DNA from: Solirubrobacteraceae bacterium
Lineage (GTDB): Bacteria; Actinomycetota; Thermoleophilia; Solirubrobacterales; Solirubrobacteraceae
Assembly: GCA_035504435.1 (NCBI GenBank)
Contig: DATJRV010000083.1
Span: 22,242-86,241 of the forward strand
Direction: 5' to 3'
Length of the DNA: 64,000 nucleotides
The translations under genes were made by a program, and so were the position numbers. The notes beneath the pieces were generated by a model, which saw nothing but the letters and a program-made list of their open reading frames with translations, was not told the DNA's origin and did not search any database. How positions within the stretch are numbered: the stretch's first letter is position 1; each line of letters starts with the position of its first letter. Below are positions 1 to 8,586 of this stretch, one piece after another.

Positions 1-584
1 AAGCGCTCCAGCGCCTCCCCCACCTCCCGCCGGCGCAGCTCCGTTTCCGCGCCCACCCGCTCGCGGTCGAGCACTTCGCCGCGCGCGAGCACGCTGCCCT
101 TGCGCACGATCTCCGCGCGCGTGGGCCGCGGGCTCACGCCCAGGACGCGCGCCTGGGGCTCGTCTGCGGCGAGCGCGCGGATGACCAACGGGTCGCCGTC
201 GGCGAGCAGCTCGAACAGCGCGTCGTCCGGGAGGTCGATGAGCACGATGCCCGCCTCCACCAGCAGCTGGGGGCCGAGGTTGGGGTAGCTGCCGCTGGAG
301 GACGGGCTGCAGTTGAGGACCGCGACGGCGCCCGCGGCGATCAGCTCCTCGGCGGACACGCGGTCGATGTCGCGGTGGTCGATCAGCGCGACGTCGCCGC
401 GCACGAGATGCCTGACGAGCAGCTTCGTGCGCCGTCCCAGGCGCACCGAGCCGGCGACGCTCCACGCCCGCGCGCCGACGAGCGCGACCGGTTGCGCGCG
501 TGTCGTGGGCGAGGCGGAGGCTTCCGCACGCGCGGACTCGGGCGCCGATGCCGGCGGCTCCTGCGCGATCGGGCGCGTTGCCAC
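1..584 (-). CDS. steA: SteA-like cell-division/cytokinetic ring protein (partial, runs off window start)
   Basis: Manual translation gives GSVRLGRRTKLLVRHLVRGDVALIDHRDIDRVSAEELIAAGAVAVLNCSPSSSGSYPNLGP, the SteA N-terminal signature. Lies directly downstream of recN. Start (GTG 584) uncertain. Confidence 0.8.
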   Translation of the reverse strand, partial: MATRPIAQEPPASAPESARAEASASPTTRAQPVALVGARAWSVAGSVRLGRRTKLLVRHLVRGDVALIDHRDIDRVSAEELIAAGAVAVLNCSPSSSGSYPNLGPQLLVEAGIVLIDLPDDALFELLADGDPLVIRALAADEPQARVLGVSPRPTRAEIVRKGSVLARGEVLDRERVGAETELRRREVGEALER

Positions 585-641
585 AACTGCGAGGGTAACG
601 CCCGCGCCTGCGAAACGCGAAACGCGATGTTTGCAGGGCGT

Positions 642-2417
642 TCACGCCGCGCGGCGCAGGTCGCGCGCGTGACGGCGCGCGGTGGTGTCGTCGCTGTCGG
701 CGCCGAGCATGCGCACGAGCTCGCTGACGACGTCGCCCTCGCCGAGCTGCACGACGCTCGCGCGCGTGGGCAGGGCGGTGGTGTCCTTGACGATCGAGAA
801 GTGACGGGCGCCCAGCGAGGCGATCTGCGGCAGGTGCGTGATGCACAGCACCTGCCGGCGCTCGCCCAGCTCGCGCAGGCGCGCACCGACCACGCGCGCG
901 GTGTGACCGCCGATGCCGGCGTCCACCTCGTCGAAGACGAGCGTGGCGTCGTTCGGCGTGGCGTCGTTCGGCGGCTCTTCGCCGGCACCGTCTCCAGCAT
1001 CGTCGCCCGCGGCGCGGTCGCGAGACCGCGAGGGCGCTGCGCTGGCGACGCTCATGATCGCGAGCATCACGCGCGAGAGCTCGCCGCCGGAGGCGATCTC
1101 GCGCAGCGGCCCGGCGCCCACGCCGGGGTTGGGGGCGAGCATGAACTCGACCGCGTCGCCGCCGGTGGGCCCCGCGTCGCGCTCGTGCAGCAGCACCTCG
1201 AAGCTGGCCTCGCCCATCGCCAGCGCCGCCAGCTGCTCGCGCACGTCGCGCGCAAAGCGCTTGGCCGCCGCGTGGCGCGCGCGCCGCAGCGCCAGCACGC
1301 CCTGCTGGAGCTCCGCGCGGGCCGCCTGCAGACGTTCGCCGGTCTCGGCGAGCGCGCCCTCGACGCCGGCGAGCTGGTCGTGGCGCGCGCGGGCCTGTTG
1401 CGCGTAGTCGAGCACCGCGCGCACGCTGCCGCCGTGCTTGCGCGTGAGCCGCTCGACGGCCGCGAGCCGCGCTTCGAGCGCATCGAGCGACGCCTCGCCG
1501 TGGAGCTGGCCGAGGACCTCCTCGCCGGCGTGCTCGCCGGCGCGCTCGCAGTAGTCGTGCAGCTCACGCGCGAGATCCTGGGACTCGATCAGCAGCGAGC
1601 GCATGCGCTCGGCGAGGGCGTCGAGTGCAGGATCTATGGACGCGACCGCATCCATTCGCGCGCCCGCAGCCGCGAGCAGCTGGGCGGCTCCGACGGCCTC
1701 GCCGCTCTCCGGGGCGAGCGCGTCGGCGCCGGCGCCGGCGGCCGAGCACAGCGCGTCGAGGCTGCGCAGGCGCCCGCGCGCCGCCAGCAGCCGCTCGTGA
1801 TCTGACTCGTCGAGCGCGAGCGCGTCGATCTCGCCGAGCTCGAAGGCGAGCAGGTCGAGCTCGCGCTCGCGTTGCGCGGCGAGCTCGCGCAGCTCCTGCA
1901 GGCTCGCCTCGAGCGCGCGCGTGCGCGCGAACGCCTGCGCGCACGCGCTGAGCCGTGCGGCGTGCGCGCCAGCGCACTGCCCGTCGAGGATCTGCAGCTG
2001 GGCGCTGGCGAGCGTGAGCTTGCGGTGCTCGTGCTGGCCATAGAAGGCGAGCAGCGCCCCACCGATGTCACGCAGCTCGTGCGCGCTGGCCGCGCGGCCG
2101 CCGAGGTAGGCGCGTGTGCGCCCGTCGCTGGAGACGCGCCGCGCGAGCGTCAGCTCCTGGGCGTCGGCGCTGAGACGCTCGCCGAGCTGCCTGCGCAGCC
2201 CGTCAGGCAGATCGAAGGTCCCCTCGACGTACGCCTCGCTGGCGCCGGGGCGCACGATGCCGCTGCGCGCCTTGCCGCCGAGCAGCAGGTCGAGCGCGTG
2301 CGCGAGCACCGTCTTGCCGGCGCCGGTCTCGCCGGTGATCACGTTCAGGCCAGGGGCGAGCCGCAGCTGTGCCTCTTCGATCAGCAGCAGGTTCTCGACG
2401 CGAAGCTCTTGCAGCAT
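642..2417 (-). CDS. recN: DNA repair protein RecN
   Basis: MLQELRVENLLLI start, Walker A GETGAGKT, signature ASGGELSR, Walker B LVFDEVDAGIGG, CITHLPQIA. Confidence 0.97.
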   Translation of the reverse strand: MLQELRVENLLLIEEAQLRLAPGLNVITGETGAGKTVLAHALDLLLGGKARSGIVRPGASEAYVEGTFDLPDGLRRQLGERLSADAQELTLARRVSSDGRTRAYLGGRAASAHELRDIGGALLAFYGQHEHRKLTLASAQLQILDGQCAGAHAARLSACAQAFARTRALEASLQELRELAAQRERELDLLAFELGEIDALALDESDHERLLAARGRLRSLDALCSAAGAGADALAPESGEAVGAAQLLAAAGARMDAVASIDPALDALAERMRSLLIESQDLARELHDYCERAGEHAGEEVLGQLHGEASLDALEARLAAVERLTRKHGGSVRAVLDYAQQARARHDQLAGVEGALAETGERLQAARAELQQGVLALRRARHAAAKRFARDVREQLAALAMGEASFEVLLHERDAGPTGGDAVEFMLAPNPGVGAGPLREIASGGELSRVMLAIMSVASAAPSRSRDRAAGDDAGDGAGEEPPNDATPNDATLVFDEVDAGIGGHTARVVGARLRELGERRQVLCITHLPQIASLGARHFSIVKDTTALPTRASVVQLGEGDVVSELVRMLGADSDDTTARRHARDLRRAA

Positions 2418-2564
2418 CGTCAAGTGTGTAGCAGCACGTGGGGATGGATCGCGCCCGTGCACGACTTGCCTGGCGGCGTGGGAAGGAGCATAATCTTGGG
2501 GCCGGTCCAGGAAGGACAGCCGCAGGGAACCACCGGCTCGGCCGTACACTCGTCCGCTACAGGC

Positions 2565-3191
2565 ATGGCTGCCAGCGACCCCCATCAGCGCTCCGATCCC
2601 GCCGCCACGGGCGACGGCGACACGTATGCGCTGGGCAGCCTGGGCGAGCGCCTGGGCGAAGAGATCGCCCGCGCTGAACGCCACGGCACGGGGCTCAGCT
2701 GCCTGCTGGTGGCGTTCGACGACCTCGATCGGATGGCGGGCGGGCACCCCGACGAGCTGCGCGAGCAGACGCTCGAGTACGTGGTCGGGGCGCTGCGCAG
2801 CGAGCTGCGCTGCTTCGATCGTGTGGGTCGCACCGCGGAGGGGGATGTGCTGCTGCTGCTGCCCGGCGCGGACAGCCCGCGCGCGGAGGTGGTGGCGCGC
2901 CGCGCGCTGGAGCGCCTGCGCACGATCAAGGTGGAATCGGCGGGCACGCGCACGCCGTTGCAGGTCTCAGTTGGGCTGGCCGCGTGGCGCGACGGCCTGG
3001 GCGCCCAGGCGCTCGTGTTGCAGGCGCACGCGGCGCTGAGGAGCATCGGCGCGGAGCACGCCCACGACCCGGCGCTCGCGCCGGCACCGCCGTCGACTTC
3101 GGCCGAGCCGCCGGCGCAGGGAGCGCCGCCGGCGAGCGCGCGCGAGCGCACGGACCCGGCGACGACGCTGGGCTGCATGGGCGGGCAATAA
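2565..3191 (+). CDS. Stand-alone degenerate GGDEF-domain protein
   Basis: EEIARAERHGTGLSCLLVAFDDL, VGRTAEGDVLLLLP (GGDEF replaced by AEGDV), LQVSVGLA. Start ATG 2565 inferred. Confidence 0.8.
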   Translation: MAASDPHQRSDPAATGDGDTYALGSLGERLGEEIARAERHGTGLSCLLVAFDDLDRMAGGHPDELREQTLEYVVGALRSELRCFDRVGRTAEGDVLLLLPGADSPRAEVVARRALERLRTIKVESAGTRTPLQVSVGLAAWRDGLGAQALVLQAHAALRSIGAEHAHDPALAPAPPSTSAEPPAQGAPPASARERTDPATTLGCMGGQ

Positions 3192-3200
3192 GCTCCAGCT

Positions 3201-4334
3201 GTGCTGTCGGGATCGGAGTTGTGGCTGCTGCGGCTGATGGCCGACCGCGGCCTTGCGCTGCTGGACGCGAGCGCGCTGCTGGTGGTGATCGAGGAGCGCG
3301 GCGAGCTGCGCGTGGCTGCGGCCAGCGGGGCCTCGCCGCGCCTGCGCATCGCGCCCGTGCAGGGCAGCGCGCTGGGCTCGCTGTACCAGCAGCGCAAGCC
3401 GATCTCGCTGGATCGCCCGCGCGGCCAGGAGGCGGCGTGGCTGCACGAACTCGGCTTGGAGGCGCGCGCGGTGCTGGTGGAGCCGCTCGACATGGAGGGC
3501 CACGGCGGCGGGCTGGTGATCGCGCTGCGCGAGCACGGCGGTTTTCGCGACCCCGACCGCCAGGCGCTCGCCGCGTTCGCCTCGAGCGTCGCCCAGCGCC
3601 TGGCGGCCGAGCGCTCGGTGGAGATCGAACGCCTGCGCTACGGCATGGAGGCGCGCGAGCGCGAGCGCGCGCGCTGGGCGCGGGAGATCCACGACGAGAG
3701 CATCCAGGGCATCGGCGCGCTGCGCCTGCAGCTGGCGAATGCGCGTGACCTGGACGACCGCCGGGCGCTGAACGACGCGGTGGACACGGTGCTGGAGGGG
3801 CTCGGCACGGAGATCGACGGGCTGCGCCACCTGATCACCGAGCTGCGCCCGGCGGCGCTCGACGACCTGGGCCTGGCGGCCGCGCTGGAGGCGCTCGCCA
3901 GACGCGCCCAGGCGATCGACGGGCTGGAGGTCAAGACCGAGATCCAGCTCGGCGACCCGGCCGATCCGGGCGCGGAGGACGGGCGCCGGCGCCTTGACCC
4001 GGAGCTCGAGAGCACGATCTACCGGGTGGTGCAGGAGGCGCTCACGAACGTCAGCCGCCACGCGCAGGCGAACAGCGCGGTGATCACCGTGCGCGAGCGC
4101 GGTGGTGTGGTCGAGGCGTCGGTGCGCGACGACGGCCGCGGGATGCCGGGAATGGAGCGCTTGGGGCCGCGCGGCGACGGGCTGGAGGGCGGCTTTGGGA
4201 TGGGTGGCATGCGCGAGCGCGCCGAGCTGGTGGGCGGCGAGCTGGAATGGGCGCCGGCGCCGGAGCGCGGCACGGTCGTGCGCCTGACGGTGCCGCTGGC
4301 GGGACGCCCGGCGGCGGCCGCCCACCCGGCGTAG
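3201..4334 (+). CDS. GAF + HisKA_3 sensor histidine kinase (NarX/DevS-like)
   Basis: H-box ERARWAREIHDESIQ, N-box VVQEALTNVSRHA, G-boxes VRDDGRG and GFGMGGMRER, N-terminal GAF-like region. Confidence 0.9.
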   Translation: MLSGSELWLLRLMADRGLALLDASALLVVIEERGELRVAAASGASPRLRIAPVQGSALGSLYQQRKPISLDRPRGQEAAWLHELGLEARAVLVEPLDMEGHGGGLVIALREHGGFRDPDRQALAAFASSVAQRLAAERSVEIERLRYGMEARERERARWAREIHDESIQGIGALRLQLANARDLDDRRALNDAVDTVLEGLGTEIDGLRHLITELRPAALDDLGLAAALEALARRAQAIDGLEVKTEIQLGDPADPGAEDGRRRLDPELESTIYRVVQEALTNVSRHAQANSAVITVRERGGVVEASVRDDGRGMPGMERLGPRGDGLEGGFGMGGMRERAELVGGELEWAPAPERGTVVRLTVPLAGRPAAAAHPA

Positions 4335-4373
4335 GTCAGTGGCTGCACGCCCGCCTAGAGATCGTCGTTCTCG

Positions 4374-5426
4374 TTAGACGTCGCCCTCTTCGTCGGCGGG
4401 GAGATCGTCCTCCTCGCGGGACGCGTCGTCATCGGAGGTGGATGCGTCGTCGCGGCGCAGCCAGTCGGCGAGCTGCTTGCCGACGGAGTTGACCGACTCG
4501 CCGGCGTCGCGGAAGGCGTCGCGGATGCGCTCGGCGTAGAAGCTCACGGCCTCGCCGCCCTCCGCGCGGGCGTCGACGGGATCGCCGCGGCGGGGGTACT
4601 CGTGCGCGCCGACGATCCGGTCGAAGTCGCCCGAGCGCACCCACGCCATCAGCTCGTGCGTGCGCTTGACGGGCATCGGATGGGTGACGCCGAGGTCGAG
4701 CATCAGTCGCGTGAGGCGCTCGAGGCCGCCGCCCTTCTCTTTGTAGTCGAGCCCCTGGCGCATGAACGCGTCGAGGTCGAGCTCCTCGACCATCGCGCCG
4801 CCGGCGATCGACATCAGCGTGCGGCACACCGCCAGCGGGTCGCGCGTGACGAGCGCCGCGGCGCGGTCGGCGCTCAGCTCGGTCGCGCGACCCCACTCCA
4901 TCAGCGCGGTGCGCACCGGCGTCAGCGGCAGCGGCAGCCGCGAGCTGCGGGTGAGCAGCACGAGGATCAACAGGGCGGTGCGGTAGAGCTGGTGGTCGGA
5001 GAGGATGTGCGCGGCCTCGTGCGCGAACACCACCCGCCGCTGGGGGGCGTCGAGCAGCGAGAGCAGCTGGGACTGCACGACCACGATTGGGTGGCGCGCG
5101 CCGATGGCCATCGCGTTGGCGACCGGGAACTGGCTGAGATACAGGTCGGGCACGTCGGCCATGTCGAGCGTGGCGTAGGCGATCGCGTGCTCGCGCCAGA
5201 CGTCGCCGAGCTGCTCTTCGGAGAGGCGCACGGAGGAGCCGAGGAAGCTCTGGCGCAGTGCGCGCTCGTAGCCGAGCTCGATCAGCTTGCGTACGACGGT
5301 GTCGAGGTAGGGAATCGAGGACAGCGCGGCGGTGGCGGCGCGGTCGGCAGGGTGCTGGAAGGCCCGCGGCGAGATCCCGGTCAGCCGGTAACCCTCGGCG
5401 GGAACGGTCGAGCCGGACGCGTCCAT
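4374..5426 (-). CDS. M48 family Zn metallopeptidase
   Basis: FQHPADRAA N-terminus, HEAAH zincin motif, ELSADRAA, THP motif. Confidence 0.9.
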   Translation of the reverse strand: MDASGSTVPAEGYRLTGISPRAFQHPADRAATAALSSIPYLDTVVRKLIELGYERALRQSFLGSSVRLSEEQLGDVWREHAIAYATLDMADVPDLYLSQFPVANAMAIGARHPIVVVQSQLLSLLDAPQRRVVFAHEAAHILSDHQLYRTALLILVLLTRSSRLPLPLTPVRTALMEWGRATELSADRAAALVTRDPLAVCRTLMSIAGGAMVEELDLDAFMRQGLDYKEKGGGLERLTRLMLDLGVTHPMPVKRTHELMAWVRSGDFDRIVGAHEYPRRGDPVDARAEGGEAVSFYAERIRDAFRDAGESVNSVGKQLADWLRRDDASTSDDDASREEDDLPADEEGDV

Positions 5427-5581
5427 CGGTCCAGCGTACAGCTCCACGCGGAACCCTGTTGCGCGCAAGAGAATCGTCGGGGGCACCAAAAATCGGTGGC
5501 CGTGGAAGTGATGTACGCGTACGCCGACGCTGCGATCCGGGGCGACTGTGCCTGACCCTCGATGGCATACGCTCCCGCGCT

Positions 5582-6040
5582 GTGTCAGGGCCGATTCAAG
5601 TATCCGGTTCTTCGGGAGGCAACACCCGCATCACCGTGCGAGACTGGCCCGGTACGCGAGCTCCGTGGCGGGTGAGGACTCTTGACCACCGAGGACGCTT
5701 GCTAGAAGTCTTCGGTTGGCACGAATTTGAGCCGAACCAGTCTGTGGGGACACTGCGGCTGCATGTCGAGACCCGCAGGGCACTCCTGATCACGGGGTAC
5801 ACCTTGGCCGACACCCTTGTCACGACAGAGCGACCCGAAGCGTTGGCGGCCCTTGTCCTTTGCGCTCAGGACGTGGCAGCGCACCTGCATTCGACCCTCA
5901 AGGTGGGCAATGGATATCTCGAGTGGCGAATCGACAGCGACAAGGTGGGCAACATCTGTCGGCTGTTCCCGATGTTTCGGGCTACCAGCAAGCTCCACCG
6001 CTACAAGCGGGGCAAGCGGTATCTGAGGAGCTTCCCCTAG
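5582..6040 (+). CDS. Hypothetical protein (152 aa) in an atypical-composition islet
   Basis: Natural-looking aromatic-rich ORF. Codon style differs from flanks. Its stop overlaps the stop of a convergent ORF on a shared CTAG. Confidence 0.55.
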   Translation: MSGPIQVSGSSGGNTRITVRDWPGTRAPWRVRTLDHRGRLLEVFGWHEFEPNQSVGTLRLHVETRRALLITGYTLADTLVTTERPEALAALVLCAQDVAAHLHSTLKVGNGYLEWRIDSDKVGNICRLFPMFRATSKLHRYKRGKRYLRSFP

Positions 6041-6234
6041 AGACTCTGAGCAGACTGCTCAAACTCTTGGGGCGACATGCCGCGCCAAGAATCAACCAAC
6101 TGAGTTGCTGCCTCAGCTGTACGTGGCTCCATGTACTGCATACCAGACGCAAGCCGCTCCCCCGGCTCCGGGGCTCCCCCAGCCAGCGCCGGCAACGTCT
6201 GACGAGTCTCGGATGGGCGTCTCAGAAGCTCCAT
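6037..6234 (-). CDS. Small hypothetical ORF or remnant (65 aa)
   Basis: ATG start and convergent stop overlap with 5582..6040. No recognisable motif. Confidence 0.3.
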   Translation of the reverse strand: MELLRRPSETRQTLPALAGGAPEPGERLASGMQYMEPRTAEAATQLVDSWRGMSPQEFEQSAQSL

Positions 6235-6349
6235 AGCAGGCCCACTGTACCAATAAGGCTACGATGTCCACTGAGTAGCGACGGGAACCTTGTCGTGCTT
6301 GAAGCGGCTTCCCGTTGACATGGCGGCACGGTCGGTCCAGCGCTGGGCG

Positions 6350-6994
6350 CTACTCAGCGAGGCCGACGCGCCGCACGTACGCGGTGATCTCCGCGCGCGA
6401 GGAGAACCCGAGCTTCTCGATCGCGCGGGCGCGGTATGTCTTGACGGTGCGCTCGGCGACGTTCAGCTGCTCGGCGATCTCCGGGTTGGTGTAGCCGTTG
6501 GCGATTAGGCGCACGACCTCGCGCTCGCGCTCGGAGAGCACGACGCCGGCGGCGATGCCGTCCTCGCCGGTGGCCATCAGCGCGCCGAGGCGCGGATGCA
6601 GGTAGTTGCCGCCGGCGACCGCCAGCCGGAAGGCCTGCAGCAGCTCGGCGGGCTCGGCCTCCTTGAGCACGTAGCTGCGTGCTCCGGCGCGCAGCGCCTG
6701 GCGGGCGTACTCGGGGTCCTCGCGCATCGTGAGGATGGCGACGGCGAGCGTGGGATGGGCGATGAAGCACGACGGCAGGGCGCCCAGGCTCGAGCCGCCG
6801 GGCATCGTCAAGTCGAGCGTCAGCAGGTCGGGCTTGAGCTCGCGCACTTCGCGGATCATCGACGGGATGTCCGCGACCTCTGCGACGACGCGAAACTCGT
6901 CGGCCTCGCGGTGCAGCACGGCGCGGATGCCGTCACGCACCACCGCGTGATCGTCGGCGATGATCACGCTGATCGGGCGCGTCACCCCTGGCAT
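6350..6994 (-). CDS. NarL/LuxR-family response regulator
   Basis: IIADDHAVVR, DLLTLDLTMPG, LSEREREVVRLIANGYTNPEIAEQL HTH. Confidence 0.95.
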   Translation of the reverse strand: MPGVTRPISVIIADDHAVVRDGIRAVLHREADEFRVVAEVADIPSMIREVRELKPDLLTLDLTMPGGSSLGALPSCFIAHPTLAVAILTMREDPEYARQALRAGARSYVLKEAEPAELLQAFRLAVAGGNYLHPRLGALMATGEDGIAAGVVLSEREREVVRLIANGYTNPEIAEQLNVAERTVKTYRARAIEKLGFSSRAEITAYVRRVGLAE

Positions 6995-7194
6995 GCCCGT
7001 GTCTGGCGGATGTGTGGCTAGCGACTGCACTTGACCGATCCACCCGAGCATCGGCTGCAGAGGCCGTCCACCTTTAGGGCGGCACGATCGGCACCAACGG
7101 GCCTACGCGCGGAGCGTCGGGCAAACGGATCGTGTGGGCGTGCGGCGCAGGTTGCGCGCTCGACGCCATCCCAGCCAACCGCTAGCGTGGCGCC

Positions 7195-8550
7195 GTGTCA
7201 TCGACGCTCTCATCGGCGCTCTCTTCGCCGCGCCTGCGCCGCATCGTGGCGGCGTACACGATCAACCGGCTGGGCACGTGGATCGCGGAGATCGCCTTGG
7301 CGCTGGCGGTGTACGACCACACGCACAGCGCGCTCGCGGTGTCCGCGACGCTGATCGCGGCGCAGGCGCTGCCGGCGTTCGCGGTCCCGCCGCTGGTGGC
7401 CAAGGTCGAGGCGTCCCGCCGGCGGCGGGAGCTCAGCGGGCTGTACGTGTTCGAGGCCGTGTGCACGCTCGCGCTCGCCGGCATCCTGCTGTGGCAGTTC
7501 TGGCTGCCGGCGGTGCTCCTGCTGGTGGCGCTCGACGGCACCGCGGCGCTGACGGCCAGCGCCCTGCTGCGTACGGAGGCAGCACGGGCGGGACGGGAGG
7601 CGCTGGCCGTAGACGCCCGCGGCGGTGGCGATCGCCAGACATCGAGCGCACGTGACCCCCACGTCGGCGAACGGCAGGCCACGGCGGCGATCAACGTCGC
7701 CTTCTCGGTGACGTTCGTGCTCGGGCCCGTGCTCGGCGGCGTGATCACCGCCGGCGCGGGCGCCCCGGTGGCTTTGCTGGTGGACGCGGTCACGTTCGTG
7801 GCCTGTGGCCTGTTGCTCGTCGATCTGCACCCGGGCGTGGAGGAGGCGCGCGGCGAGTCCGTGCGTGCCCGCCTGGGCGCCGCCTGGGAATACGTCAGAG
7901 GCACGCCCACGCTGCGCGCCATCCTGCTCACGCAGGCGATCGCCTTCCTGTTCTTCGCCGCCGGCGAGCCGATCGAGGTGGCGTATGCGAAGGCCACCCT
8001 GCGGGTGGGCGACAGCGGCTTCGGACTGCTCGTCACCGTGTGGGGCGCGGGGACGGTGGTGGGCGCGGCTGCTTTCGCCCGTGCCCACAAGCAGCCATTG
8101 GGCGCACTGGTGAGCGCGGGCACGCTCGCGGCGGGCCTCGCGTACATCGGCTTCGCCGCCGCCCCTTCCCTGCTACCGGCGTGCGTGGCGGCGCTCGTGG
8201 GCGGCGTCGGCAACGGCATCCAGTGGGCGCCGCTGGTGAGCGCGGTGCAACGGCTCACCCCTGCGCAGCTCCAGGGGCAGGTGATGGGCGGGCTGGAATC
8301 GATCGGGGCGATATGTCCGGCGCTCGGCCTGGCGTTGGGTGGCGCCTTGGTGGCGCTCGGCTCGCCGCGCGAGGCGTTTCTGATCGTCGGCTCGGGCGCG
8401 GCCTTCACGACGGTGGCGTTCGCGAGCGTGATGCTCAGCGACAGCTCCGGCCTGGAATCCGGGCGCGATGACAGGGGACTCCGCGGCGGGCTTGCCGCAA
8501 GCAGGGACGACAGCGATCTGCCCGCGGAGATGCACGCCTCGACACCTTAA
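7195..8550 (+). CDS. MFS transporter (DHA3/H+ antiporter-like)
   Basis: About 12 hydrophobic segments, LRRIVAAYTINRLGTW, QRLTPAQLQGQVMG. Confidence 0.9.
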   Translation: MSSTLSSALSSPRLRRIVAAYTINRLGTWIAEIALALAVYDHTHSALAVSATLIAAQALPAFAVPPLVAKVEASRRRRELSGLYVFEAVCTLALAGILLWQFWLPAVLLLVALDGTAALTASALLRTEAARAGREALAVDARGGGDRQTSSARDPHVGERQATAAINVAFSVTFVLGPVLGGVITAGAGAPVALLVDAVTFVACGLLLVDLHPGVEEARGESVRARLGAAWEYVRGTPTLRAILLTQAIAFLFFAAGEPIEVAYAKATLRVGDSGFGLLVTVWGAGTVVGAAAFARAHKQPLGALVSAGTLAAGLAYIGFAAAPSLLPACVAALVGGVGNGIQWAPLVSAVQRLTPAQLQGQVMGGLESIGAICPALGLALGGALVALGSPREAFLIVGSGAAFTTVAFASVMLSDSSGLESGRDDRGLRGGLAASRDDSDLPAEMHASTP

Positions 8551-8574
8551 GTCCGACATCGCGTCGGTCGATAC
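8547..8574 (+). promoter_or_regulatory. Sigma28/WhiG-type promoter upstream of HD-GYP gene
   Basis: TTAA(8547-8550)-N16-GTCGATAC(8567-8574), 12 nt before ATG 8587. Confidence 0.6.
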
Positions 8575-8586
8575 GTACGGCGGGAC

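Noticed and set aside
375-1805. Long antisense ORFs opposite recN, dxs, pilB, alaS, hisS and others
   Set aside because: Shadow ORFs produced by codon bias, with no motifs.
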